The notes under the pieces: model-generated
The model's input: the letters and a program-made list of their open reading frames with translations, nothing else
Databases searched by the model: none
Told to the model about the DNA's origin: nothing
Program-made: the position numbers and the translations under genes
Shown here: positions 11,690-20,781 of the stretch, in pieces
Layout: the number at the start of each line of letters is the position of its first letter
Numbering within the stretch: position 1 is the stretch's first letter
Source: Bacteroidota bacterium
GTDB taxonomy: Bacteria; Bacteroidota; Ignavibacteria; Kapaibacteriales; UBA2268
Length of the DNA: 64,000 nucleotides
Assembly (NCBI GenBank): GCA_022707965.1
Contig: JAKIZO010000005.1
Span: 687-64,686, forward strand
Reading direction: 5' to 3'

Positions 11690-12193
11690 GTGTCAAAGAT
11701 TAAAGCATCAGAATTAGAATTAAGAGACAAATTAGTTTACGTCGGCAGAACCGCTAAGGTTGTTAAAGGCGGACGTCGTTTTAACTTCTCGGCAATTGTA
11801 GTTGTCGGCGATGGTAACGGTCATGTCGGCTATGGCTTGGGTAAAGCAAGCGAAGTAGTAGATGCAGTTACGAAAGCTACCGAAGCCGCTAAAAAGAATA
11901 TTCATAAAGTTCAATTACAAGGAACTACCGTTCCTCACGAAGTAATTGGTAAATTCGGAGCGGCTAAGGTGCTCATCCGCCCAGCTACACCCGGTACAGG
12001 CGTTATCGCCGCCGGCGGTGTACGTGCTATCTTGGAACTTGCTGGAGTTCAGGACGTTTTAACTAAAAGTCTCGGTTCGTCTAACCCTCACAACTCTATC
12101 AAAGCTACTCTCCGTGGCCTGCTCGCTATGGAAAGTGCTGAATCGGTCGCCGCTCGCCGCGGCATTCCCGTCGAAAAAGTTGTGCGCGGTTAG
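11690..12193 (+). CDS. rpsE: 30S ribosomal protein S5
   Basis: [28 protein letters not shown]; GTG start. Confidence 0.96.
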   Translation: MSKIKASELELRDKLVYVGRTAKVVKGGRRFNFSAIVVVGDGNGHVGYGLGKASEVVDAVTKATEAAKKNIHKVQLQGTTVPHEVIGKFGAAKVLIRPATPGTGVIAAGGVRAILELAGVQDVLTKSLGSSNPHNSIKATLRGLLAMESAESVAARRGIPVEKVVRG

Positions 12194-12244
12194 TTCGCTT
12201 TTTGCATTGGTTTAATATTAGCGCGTATTTTAAAGGTAGTTAAT

Positions 12245-12430
12245 ATGAAAAAATTAAAAATTACTCAAACTCGCAGCATTATTAAGTGCCTGGAAAACCA
12301 AAAACGCACTATTAAGGCGCTCGGGTTGGGTCGTCCTAATTATTGCAACATCCTCCCCGACAACCCTCAAACTCGCGGGATGATTAATGTTGTTAAGCAT
12401 TTAGTTAAAGTTGAAGAAGTTTCAGAATAA
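12245..12430 (+). CDS. rpmD: 50S ribosomal protein L30
   Basis: KITQ.RS.I......K.T..ALGL pattern; 61 aa; lies between rpsE and rplO. Confidence 0.9.
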   Translation: MKKLKITQTRSIIKCLENQKRTIKALGLGRPNYCNILPDNPQTRGMINVVKHLVKVEEVSE

Positions 12431-12441
12431 GAAGAAATAAA

Positions 12442-12900
12442 ATGAAACACATTGGTAACCTAAAAGCAGCCGAAGGCGCTAAACATAAAAAGAAACGCAT
12501 TGGTCGCGGTCCCGGCTCCGGCCACGGTGGAACTTCTACTCGTGGTCATAAGGGACAGAAATCAAGAAGCGGCGCCGTTATCCCTAGTTTCTTCGAAGGC
12601 GGGCAAATGCCTCTGAACAGACGCCTTCCTAAATTCGGCTTTACAAACAGATTTCGTGTCGAATATCAAGTCGTTAATGTTGGAACGCTCCAAAAATTAA
12701 TCGATGATAATAAAATTTCCGGCTCTGTCAATTTCGATAATCTCCTCGAATTGGGCGTTATCTCGAAAAGCCGCGTTCCACTCAAAATTTTAGGTAGTGG
12801 AGAACTTCACTCCTCTATCGAAGTCCACGCTCATGCTTTTTCTCAGTCTGCTAAAAATAAGATTGAAAATGCGGGAGGCAAGGCGGTAATCAATGGCTAA
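12442..12900 (+). CDS. rplO: 50S ribosomal protein L15
   Basis: [26 protein letters not shown]...[15 protein letters not shown]. Confidence 0.96.
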   Translation: MKHIGNLKAAEGAKHKKKRIGRGPGSGHGGTSTRGHKGQKSRSGAVIPSFFEGGQMPLNRRLPKFGFTNRFRVEYQVVNVGTLQKLIDDNKISGSVNFDNLLELGVISKSRVPLKILGSGELHSSIEVHAHAFSQSAKNKIENAGGKAVING

Positions 12901-14242
12901 CTTTGTTAATACTATAAAGAATATTTTCAAAATCGAAGAACTTCGCCAAAGAATTCTCTATACTCTGGGTATTTTGATTATTGTCCGGTTGGGTGCTCAC
13001 ATCACCCTCCCGGGCATCGATGTTCACGCCCTCGCTATTTCGAACCAGGACGCTGCATCGAATACCCTATTCGGTCTCTTCGATTTGTTCGTCGGTGGTG
13101 CGTTCTCCAACGCAGCTATTTTTGCTTTGGGTATTATGCCCTACATTACTTCTTCGATTATCTTCCAGCTCGCGGGGGTTGTCATCCCTGAAATTCAAAA
13201 AATGCAAAGGGAAGGCGAAGAAGGTCGACGCAAGATTAATCAATACACCCGACTTGGCACTGTTGTCATCTCCGCTCTCCAAGGCTGGGGATTAAGCATC
13301 AAACTTGCTTACCAGCAAACTGCCGGAGGAGTCCCGGTTGTCCCGGATAGTGGTTTTCTCTTTACTATTTCGACAATATTCTTACTTACTGCTGGCACCG
13401 TCTTTATGATGTGGCTCGGCGAGCAAATTACCGAACGCGGTATCGGCAACGGTATCTCGCTTATCATCTTCATTGGTATTATCGCTCGTCTGCCTGCCTC
13501 ACTCTGGCAAGAATGGTTGCTCATTCAAGCAGGTTCAAGGCACTGGCTCGTTGAGCTTGTTGTTATTACTCTGCTCGTTTTCATTATTGCCGCCGTTGTG
13601 CTGGTTACGCAAGGCGCTCGCAGAATACCTGTTCAGTATGCTAAACGTCAGGTCGGTCGCAAAGTGTATGGCGGAACAACTCAGTATATACCACTTCGTG
13701 TAAATACTGCGGGCGTGATGCCGATTATCTTTGCTCAGGCTCTTATGTTTATTCCTAATACCATACTTAGCTTTTTCCCTGAAAGTAAATTTATTATTAC
13801 ATTAGCTCAACTTTTCCATTATGATTCGTTCGTCTACGCAATTCTCTATTTCACTTTGATTGTTCTTTTCACTTACTTCTATACTGCAATTATCTTCAAC
13901 CCGAAAGATATTGCAGATAATATGAAAAAACAAGGTGGATTTATTCCTGGAATTCGTCCTGGACAACATACAGTTGAATATATCGATTCAATCTTGACAA
14001 GAATAACTCTTCCTGGCTCGATTTTCCTCGGATTAGTTGCAATTTTGCCTACTTTTGTTACTAACATTTTCAATATAAGTATGGGGTTCGCACAATTCTT
14101 TGGCGGTACTTCCTTGCTTATTGTTGTGGGCGTTGCTCTCGACACCTTGCAACAAATCGAATCGCACTTGCTAATGCGCCATTACGACGGATTTATGAAG
14201 AGCGGTAGAATTAGAGGAAGAGTTGGAGCAGGCGGTTTCTAA
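12893..14242 (+). CDS. secY: Preprotein translocase subunit SecY
   Basis: 449 aa, multi-TM, with ELRQRILYTLG...RLG..I.LPGI at the N-terminus and GIGNGISLIIF. Its position after rplO fits. Confidence 0.97.
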   Translation: MANFVNTIKNIFKIEELRQRILYTLGILIIVRLGAHITLPGIDVHALAISNQDAASNTLFGLFDLFVGGAFSNAAIFALGIMPYITSSIIFQLAGVVIPEIQKMQREGEEGRRKINQYTRLGTVVISALQGWGLSIKLAYQQTAGGVPVVPDSGFLFTISTIFLLTAGTVFMMWLGEQITERGIGNGISLIIFIGIIARLPASLWQEWLLIQAGSRHWLVELVVITLLVFIIAAVVLVTQGARRIPVQYAKRQVGRKVYGGTTQYIPLRVNTAGVMPIIFAQALMFIPNTILSFFPESKFIITLAQLFHYDSFVYAILYFTLIVLFTYFYTAIIFNPKDIADNMKKQGGFIPGIRPGQHTVEYIDSILTRITLPGSIFLGLVAILPTFVTNIFNISMGFAQFFGGTSLLIVVGVALDTLQQIESHLLMRHYDGFMKSGRIRGRVGAGGF

Positions 14243-14244
14243 CA

Positions 14245-15063
14245 ATGAATAGAAAAATCAGCAACAATTATCAGGTGAGAGTTAAAATTAACACCAAAGA
14301 CGAAATTAGCAAAATTGAAAAAGCTTGCAGGGTTGTTGCTGATACACTTAGTACTTTGAAAAATTATGTGAAAGTCGGGGTTACAACAAAAGAGCTCGAT
14401 GAAATTGCAGAAGATTGTATCCGCTCTCGTAATGCCCGCCCCGCTTTCAAAGGTTATCAGCCGGATAAAAGCCTGATGCCTTTTCCCGGCACCATTTGCG
14501 CCTCTGTCAATGAAGTGGTCGTCCACGGTATTCCGAGCGACTACAAATTAAAGGATGGCGATATTATCTCGATAGATTGCGGTGCCGAACTCGATGGCTT
14601 CTATGGCGATAGTGCTGTTACCTATCCAGTTGGTAAAATAGAGCCTTCGGTTGAACGTCTATTACAAGTTACCGAAGAAGCTCTATTTCTTGGTATCGAT
14701 AATGCTATCGAAGGGCGAAAGGTCTATGACATATCAAAAGCTATCCAGCAGCATTGCGAAGAGAACGGATATTCTCTTACTCGCGAGCTGGTCGGACACG
14801 GAATTGGGCGCCGACTGCACGAAGAGCCACCCATTCCGAACTTTGTGCCACCTTTGCTCTATCGAAATCGATACCCGAACGTTAAACTATTGAGCGGTAT
14901 GGCTCTGGCTATCGAACCGATGGTTCATATGGGTCGCAAAGAAATTGCGACTGCAAGCGATGGCTGGACAATAATTACAGCCGACAACAAGCCAGCAGCT
15001 CATTTTGAACATACTGTAATTGTTGATAAAAATAAAGCAATTATACTAACTTTGAGAGATTAA
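14245..15063 (+). CDS. map: Type I methionine aminopeptidase
   Basis: VVHGIP....[10 protein letters not shown]......GFYGDSA.T..VG, HGIGR..HEEP and the metal-ligand pattern. Confidence 0.95.
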   Translation: MNRKISNNYQVRVKINTKDEISKIEKACRVVADTLSTLKNYVKVGVTTKELDEIAEDCIRSRNARPAFKGYQPDKSLMPFPGTICASVNEVVVHGIPSDYKLKDGDIISIDCGAELDGFYGDSAVTYPVGKIEPSVERLLQVTEEALFLGIDNAIEGRKVYDISKAIQQHCEENGYSLTRELVGHGIGRRLHEEPPIPNFVPPLLYRNRYPNVKLLSGMALAIEPMVHMGRKEIATASDGWTIITADNKPAAHFEHTVIVDKNKAIILTLRD

Positions 15064-15070
15064 CAGGAAT

Positions 15071-15289
15071 ATGGGTAAACAAGATTTAATTAAAGTTGAT
15101 GGTATTATTGAAGAAACTTTGCCTAATACTCAATTTATTGTCCGTCTCGAAAACGGTCATAAAGTGCTCGCTCATATTTCTGGCAAAATGAGAATGAACT
15201 TTATTAAAATTTTGCAAGGCGATAAAGTTACTGTTGAAATTTCTCCTTATGATTTGTCCAAAGGAAGAATTATTTACAGATATAAATAA
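15071..15289 (+). CDS. infA: Translation initiation factor IF-1
   Basis: 72 aa; [23 protein letters not shown]...I.IL.GD.V.VE.SPYDL.KGRI.YR. Confidence 0.97.
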   Translation: MGKQDLIKVDGIIEETLPNTQFIVRLENGHKVLAHISGKMRMNFIKILQGDKVTVEISPYDLSKGRIIYRYK

Positions 15290-15310
15290 CAAAATATAGA
15301 GAGAGACAAA

Positions 15311-15427
15311 ATGAAGGTTACTGCATCAGTTAAAAAAAGAAATCCCGACGATAAAATCGTTAAAAGAAAGGGTCGGGTCTATATTATTAACAAAAAAAAT
15401 CCACGTTTTAAACAAAGACAAGGTTAA
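15311..15427 (+). CDS. rpmJ: 50S ribosomal protein L36 (38 aa, below the ORF-track size cutoff)
   Basis: Hand translation gives [38 protein letters not shown]. It sits at the canonical position between infA and rpsM. Confidence 0.9.
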   Translation: MKVTASVKKRNPDDKIVKRKGRVYIINKKNPRFKQRQG

Positions 15428-15439
15428 TAGGAGGGAGAC

Positions 15440-15817
15440 GTGGCACGTATTGCAGGTATTGACTTACCAAAAAACAAAAGAGGTTTTATAGGTTTAACCT
15501 ATATCTATGGTATTGGTCGCACAACCGCTGAAAAAATTCTACAAGAAGCGAACGTTGAACCAACTAAAAAAGTAAGCGAATGGACAGACGACGAAGTTGC
15601 ACGTCTTCGCCAGGTGATTGATAATTACAAAGTTGAAGGTGCGCTCCGCAGCGAAGTTCAAATGAACATCAAACGCTTGATGGATATTGGCTGCTATCGT
15701 GGGCTTCGCCACCGCCGTGGCTTGCCTGTTCGCGGTCAACGCACCCGCACAAACGCTCGCACCCGCAAAGGTCGCAAAAAGACTGTTGCCGGTAAGAAAA
15801 AAGCAACTAAGAAATAA
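15440..15817 (+). CDS. rpsM: 30S ribosomal protein S13
   Basis: [12 protein letters not shown]....LTYIYGIG...A..I; GTG start. Confidence 0.97.
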   Translation: MARIAGIDLPKNKRGFIGLTYIYGIGRTTAEKILQEANVEPTKKVSEWTDDEVARLRQVIDNYKVEGALRSEVQMNIKRLMDIGCYRGLRHRRGLPVRGQRTRTNARTRKGRKKTVAGKKKATKK

Positions 15818-15861
15818 TTTGTTTTTGTTAACTATTGTTGAAATAAATACAGGTAGAATCT

Positions 15862-16242
15862 GTGGCTAAGAAAAGAATTAAGAAAAAGACCGTAACCGAT
15901 ATTCACGGCAAAGCATTCATCCGCGCTACCTTCAATAATGTTCAGGTTACTATTGCGGATATGTACGGTAATTCGCTTTGCTGGTCCTCAGCTGGTAAAA
16001 ACGGTTTCCGCGGCAGTAAGAAAAATACTCCTTATGCCGCGCAAGTCTCTGCTGAAAAAGCTGCGAAAGAAGCTTACGATATGGGGTTACGCAAAGTTGA
16101 CGTTATCGTCAAAGGTCCCGGCTCGGGTCGTGAAGCCGCAATTAGAGCACTTACTCAGGCTGGATTGGAAATTCATTCTATCATTGATAAAACTCCAATC
16201 CCCCATAATGGCTGCCGTCCGCCTAAAAGAAGAAGAGTTTAA
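15862..16242 (+). CDS. rpsK: 30S ribosomal protein S11
   Basis: G.A.I.ATFNN..VTI.D..GN...WSSAG..GF.GS+K.TP.AAQ; GTG start. Confidence 0.97.
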   Translation: MAKKRIKKKTVTDIHGKAFIRATFNNVQVTIADMYGNSLCWSSAGKNGFRGSKKNTPYAAQVSAEKAAKEAYDMGLRKVDVIVKGPGSGREAAIRALTQAGLEIHSIIDKTPIPHNGCRPPKRRRV

Positions 16243-16284
16243 TTTTGTTTTTTATTTTGATTAACTAAATCTGGCGCTAAATTT

Positions 16285-17292
16285 ATGAATATTCAAATGC
16301 AAATGCCCGATAGAATTCAGATTGAAGAAACCTCCGATTTCCACGGTCGGTTCATTCTTCAACCTCTTGAAATTGGTTATGGTGTTACTCTCGGTAATTC
16401 TCTCCGCAGAGTGCTTCTTTCTTCCATTCCCGGTTCGGCTATTATCGGTGTTAAAATTAGCGATGTGCTTCACGAATTCCAAACTATTCCCGGCGTTACC
16501 GAAGACGTCTCCGAAATTATTCTGAACCTGAAAGAAGTTCGCTTCAAACTTCTTGATAAAAAATTAAACAGAATCTATTTCCAGGTTAATGGTCCGGGCG
16601 AATGGACTGCTAAAAATATCCAGGACGCTAATCCTCAAATCGAAGTTCTCAATCCCGAGCATCATATCGCTACTCTTGCTGATGATGCTTCATTCGATGT
16701 CGAACTTCGCTTAGGTCGTGGCAAAGGTTATGTCCCCGCAGAAGAACATCAAATTGTCGACTTCCCTGTCGGTATGCTCCCAATCGACGCTATATATACT
16801 CCTATTAAAAATGTTATTTTTAGCGTCGAACCTTACCGCGTCGGGCAGAGAACAGACTACGAACGTCTTGTCCTCGATGTCCGCACCGATGGGACAATTT
16901 CGGCTCGCGACGCAGTTCACTTCGCTGCTAAAATCATAAGCGACCATATGAAATACTTTATCAACTTCAACGCTGTCGAAGAAGAAATTCCACAAGTCGA
17001 AACAGCAGAAGAAGAAGTTAAACTCGCTGAAAAGAATAAACTTCGCAAAATTCTGCTCACTCCTGTCGAAGAGCTTGAACTTTCCGTTCGCGCTCACAAC
17101 TGCCTTAAAGCAGCTAATATCAAAACTCTGGGCGAACTTGTCCAGCTTCAAGAATCGGAATTGCTAAAATTCCGCAACTTCGGTAGAAAATCTCTTTCCG
17201 AACTCGCTGAAGTTATTCGCCTCTGTGGATTGGAATTCGGTATGAACGTTGAAGAATATCTTAAAGATGAACCCAAAAACGCTATTGATTAA
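16285..17292 (+). CDS. rpoA: DNA-directed RNA polymerase subunit alpha
   Basis: 335 aa; GYG.TLGNSLRRVLLSSIPG and a C-terminal domain with ELELSVRAHNCLK.ANI.TLGELV. Confidence 0.97.
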   Translation: MNIQMQMPDRIQIEETSDFHGRFILQPLEIGYGVTLGNSLRRVLLSSIPGSAIIGVKISDVLHEFQTIPGVTEDVSEIILNLKEVRFKLLDKKLNRIYFQVNGPGEWTAKNIQDANPQIEVLNPEHHIATLADDASFDVELRLGRGKGYVPAEEHQIVDFPVGMLPIDAIYTPIKNVIFSVEPYRVGQRTDYERLVLDVRTDGTISARDAVHFAAKIISDHMKYFINFNAVEEEIPQVETAEEEVKLAEKNKLRKILLTPVEELELSVRAHNCLKAANIKTLGELVQLQESELLKFRNFGRKSLSELAEVIRLCGLEFGMNVEEYLKDEPKNAID

Positions 17293-17323
17293 TTTTGATT
17301 ATTGATTAATTTGAGATAGAAAA

Positions 17324-18040
17324 ATGAGACACCTTGTTAAAGGAAGAAAATTAAAGAGAACTGCAAGCCACCGCAAAGCCTTGCTTGCAAATCTTGCTAC
17401 TTCACTTTTTGAACACAAAAAAATTACCACCACTCTGGCTAAAGCTAAAGAATTGCGTCCTTATGCTGAACATCTAATTACAAAGGCTCGCACTGCTCTT
17501 ATGCGTGAGCGTCAGGGATTGCTTCCCGAAGGTCATACAGTCGATATTCACAATCGCCGTTTGGTTGGTCGTGTTATTCGCAAAAAGGCTGTGCTTCAGG
17601 AACTTTTCGACGCTATCGCTCCTGTTGTCGAAAGCAGAAATGGTGGCTATACTCGCATTGTGAAACTTGGCACTCGTCGTGGTGATGCTGCTCGGCTTGC
17701 TGTGATTGAACTTGTCGATTGGTCTGCTCCGCAAGATGGTGCTTACAGCACTAAATCAAAGAAAAAAGCTGCCAAAAAAGCTTCTAAACCTGCTTCGAAA
17801 AAAGCTGATGAAGCTAAACCTGCTCCGAAAGAAGTTGTTGAAGAAAAAGCACCTGAAACAGAAGTTGTCGAAACAATTGACACTGCCGAAACCACAATCA
17901 ACGCTCCTGAAACTCCTGCAACCGAAGAACCAACTGCCGTTGCAGAAGAAACTAAAACCGAAGAACAAGCCCCTGAAAATTCCGAAGCATCTCAAAAATT
18001 ATCCTTCGACGATACTGCCGAGCAAGAAGAACAAAAATAA
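17324..18040 (+). CDS. rplQ: 50S ribosomal protein L17 with about 110-aa K/A/E/P/T-rich C-terminal tail
   Basis: The N-terminus MRHLVKGRKL.RT.SHRKALL.NLA..L..H..I.TT..KAKELR is L17. The globular part ends near VIELVDW, followed by a low-complexity tail. Confidence 0.95.
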   Translation: MRHLVKGRKLKRTASHRKALLANLATSLFEHKKITTTLAKAKELRPYAEHLITKARTALMRERQGLLPEGHTVDIHNRRLVGRVIRKKAVLQELFDAIAPVVESRNGGYTRIVKLGTRRGDAARLAVIELVDWSAPQDGAYSTKSKKKAAKKASKPASKKADEAKPAPKEVVEEKAPETEVVETIDTAETTINAPETPATEEPTAVAEETKTEEQAPENSEASQKLSFDDTAEQEEQK

Positions 18041-18066
18041 TACACTCGCAAAAACACTATTTAACG

Positions 18067-18105
18067 AAAAAGCGTCCCACTACTGCGGGACGCTTTTCTT
18101 CTTTT
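18067..18105 (+). terminator. Rho-independent terminator after rplQ, possibly bidirectional with the convergent MoxR gene
   Basis: Stem AGCGTCCC (18071-18078) pairs with GGGACGCT (18087-18094) around an 8-nt loop. TTTTCTTCTTTT follows, and an A-run precedes the stem. Confidence 0.8.
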
Positions 18106-18123
18106 AGGATATTTTCTAAAATC

Positions 18124-19110
18124 TTACACTTCTTTAATCAATTGCTCGATGATATCAGCTGCCGAGACATTGTCCGCTTCTGCATTGAAACTTGTTACAA
18201 TTCTATGACGCAGCACAGGCAAAGCAACAGCCCGAATATCGTCAATATCGGGTGTGTAGCGTCCTTGTAGAGCGGCACGCGATTTTGCACCCAAGATTAA
18301 ATATTGCGACGCACGCGGACCAGCTCCATAATTGATGAAATCCTTGATAAATTTGCTGCTCGATTGTTTCGGACGTGATGCGCGGACAAGCCCAACTGCA
18401 TATTCTACCACATTATCAGCAACAGGCACCCGGCGAATTAAATCCTGAAACTCAATTATCGACTTGCCGTCGAGTACTTTATCTACTTCGGGTCGCCATT
18501 CGGCAGTCGTAGTTTTTACTATTCGAACTTCTTCGTCGAAACTTGGATAATCGAGCCAGATATTGAACATAAAACGGTCTAATTGCGCTTCGGGCAATGG
18601 ATAAGTGCCTTCCTGCTCTATTGGGTTCTGAGTGGCAAGCACAAAGAAAGGCAATTCAAGCTTATGAGTTTTGCCCCCGGCGGTAACTTCATATTCTTCC
18701 ATTGCTTGAAGCAGTGCTGATTGCGTTTTCGGCGGCGTGCGGTTTATCTCATCTGCAAGCACAATATTAGCAAAAATAGGTCCGCGAATGAAACGAAATT
18801 CCTTCTGACCCGTTGATATATTTTCCTCGATTACTTCGCTCCCACTAATATCGCCGGGCATTAAGTCGGGTGTGAACTGAATTCGGTTGAATTTCAATTC
18901 CAGTGCTTTCGCAAGTGTTCGAATTAAAAGGGTTTTTGCAAGTCCCGGCACACCAATTAGCAAGACGTGCCCACGCGCAAACAACGATACTATCAACTGC
19001 TCAATTATTTCATCTTGACCAATGATTACTTTGGCTATCTCATTTTTAACCATTTTTATGGCTTTTGCAAGCTCAGCAATTTTTTCCTTATCGCTAACTC
19101 TTTCGCTCAT
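18124..19110 (-). CDS. MoxR-family AAA+ ATPase
   Basis: 328 aa; Walker A GVPGLAKT, Walker B LADEINR, and the C-terminal ...GASPRA...L...A.A...GR..V..DD. pattern typical of MoxR/RavA. Confidence 0.88.
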   Translation of the reverse strand: MSERVSDKEKIAELAKAIKMVKNEIAKVIIGQDEIIEQLIVSLFARGHVLLIGVPGLAKTLLIRTLAKALELKFNRIQFTPDLMPGDISGSEVIEENISTGQKEFRFIRGPIFANIVLADEINRTPPKTQSALLQAMEEYEVTAGGKTHKLELPFFVLATQNPIEQEGTYPLPEAQLDRFMFNIWLDYPSFDEEVRIVKTTTAEWRPEVDKVLDGKSIIEFQDLIRRVPVADNVVEYAVGLVRASRPKQSSSKFIKDFINYGAGPRASQYLILGAKSRAALQGRYTPDIDDIRAVALPVLRHRIVTSFNAEADNVSAADIIEQLIKEV

Positions 19111-19263
19111 ACTATATCATTTGAAAATTAACAAATTTTTATTGACGTTATTCTTATTATGTAATTGTTACAAATTGCAATTTAATCTATTTTTTTATCA
19201 TTAAAAATAATTAACCAATATAAACAGAAATTCTTCGTCTTACTTAAAAATTAATCGAATGAG

Positions 19264-20508
19264 ATGGAATTTCTAATTATTCTCATACAGCTTTTCGTCG
19301 AAATGTCGCCCTACATTATGTTAGGGTTAGTATTTGCCGGCTTGCTAAACCTACTGATAAAAAAAGAGACCATCTCCAAACATTTAGGCAAACAGGATAA
19401 TTCCTCGATAATCAAGGCTTCGCTTTTTGGTGTGCCGCTTCCATTGTGTTCCTGTGGCGTAATCCCTACTTCTGTATATTTTGCGAAAAGTGGAGCAAGC
19501 AAAGGTGCTGTGATTTCATTTCTTACTTCGACACCTCAAACAGGCATCGATTCAATCATCGCAACGTATGGTATGATGGGACCGATTTTTGCTGCGTTTC
19601 GTCCATTTGCTGCGTTACTTATGGGAATAATCAATGGCTCGCTAATAAACAAATTGTTCAAACAAGAGGAACCGACCCGCACTTTGTTTGTCGAAGAATA
19701 CTCGACTGCTGAGAATGCTTCTTCATTCAAAAATAAAATTATAGCCTTCTACAAATACTCGTTTGTTGAATTTCTTGATGATATTGCACCGCAATTTGCT
19801 TTGGGGCTATTGATTGCAGCTGCAATTACATATTTCATTCCCGATAACTTTTTATCTGGAAGCATTATTCAAGACGGGCTGCCTGGTATGCTTGCTGCAA
19901 TTTTGATTGGCGTCCCGATGTATATTTGCGCTACCTCGGCCATTCCAATTGCAATGAGCTTAATTGCAAAAGGTTTTTCCCCCGGTGTTGCGTTTGTATT
20001 TCTTGCAGTCGGACCCGCTACAAATGCTGCTTCGTTTGTAATCTTGATGAAAGTATTAGGGCGAAAAGTAGCTTTTTCGTATCTTCTTTTGTTGATAATT
20101 ACTTCAATAATTTTTGGCTACTTGCTCGATTATATATTTCTTGCTTTGGATGTAAACCCATTGTCTCAATTGTCCTCAATTCATCACCACCACTCATCCG
20201 TGATAAATAGTTTCTACGTTATCGTTTCTATTGTGTTTTTTGCATTTCTCTCTATGTCGTTTTATCGATTATATATTAAAAAGTATTTCGAAAAATCAAA
20301 GGAAAACAAAATGATAATAATCAAAGTGAAAGGAATGAACTGCAATCATTGCGTTAGCAATGTTACAAAGATTATTCAATCTGTCGCCGGCACATCGAAA
20401 GTAGAAGTAAATCTTGCCACCGAAACCGCAATAATAGAAGGCAACCCGAATTTAGCAGAAATCAAAAGATTAATCGAAGAAGCAGGCTATCGAGTCGAAA
20501 TGGAATAA
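19264..20508 (+). CDS. Multi-pass permease (DUF318 / Cu-Zn efflux-like) fused to a C-terminal heavy-metal-associated (HMA) domain
   Basis: About 330 aa of TM helices with an LCSCG motif. An HHHH run lies at 20182-20193. A C-terminal roughly 70-aa ferredoxin-like domain carries GMNCNHC (20332-20352). Confidence 0.75.
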   Translation: MEFLIILIQLFVEMSPYIMLGLVFAGLLNLLIKKETISKHLGKQDNSSIIKASLFGVPLPLCSCGVIPTSVYFAKSGASKGAVISFLTSTPQTGIDSIIATYGMMGPIFAAFRPFAALLMGIINGSLINKLFKQEEPTRTLFVEEYSTAENASSFKNKIIAFYKYSFVEFLDDIAPQFALGLLIAAAITYFIPDNFLSGSIIQDGLPGMLAAILIGVPMYICATSAIPIAMSLIAKGFSPGVAFVFLAVGPATNAASFVILMKVLGRKVAFSYLLLLIITSIIFGYLLDYIFLALDVNPLSQLSSIHHHHSSVINSFYVIVSIVFFAFLSMSFYRLYIKKYFEKSKENKMIIIKVKGMNCNHCVSNVTKIIQSVAGTSKVEVNLATETAIIEGNPNLAEIKRLIEEAGYRVEME

Positions 20509-20540
20509 GATGTCTCTTAGTTCGATGTCCGTATAGTAGC

Positions 20541-20660
20541 TTCAAATGCAGGTAATATTTGTATTTGTAGGTACACTGCAAAGAAAAACCCTAAGTTGAA
20601 TTTGTGAATACCTTCGGAAGGTTCCCGCCATTGCGGAGGTTAATATCAGGTGCATTTGAA
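20541..20660. other. Candidate structured intergenic element (class and strand unknown)
   Basis: A 10-bp closing stem pairs TTCAAATGCA (20541-20550) with TGCATTTGAA (20651-20660). It encloses hairpins CCTTCGGAAGG (20611-20621) and CCGCCATTGCGG. Confidence 0.25.
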
Positions 20661-20781
20661 ACAACACCACTCAAAAATCATCGCTTCTCTAATAACTTAT
20701 TTCATTTTCCCCACTTTTATTAACTTGCTTATTTTTTAAATTCTTGTTAATTTTCAGTTTATTTTTTTGCACGTTTTGAAA

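Noticed and set aside
294-17995. Many 60-170-aa ORFs antisense or out of frame within fusA, tuf, the r-protein genes, secY and rpoA (for example 498-1010 -, 2277-2672 -, 6358-6672 -, 16711-17151 -, 17706-18107 +)
   Set aside because: All are embedded in strongly supported conserved genes. They have no recognisable motifs and are typical shadow ORFs. Those in the rplQ tail arise from its low-complexity repeats.
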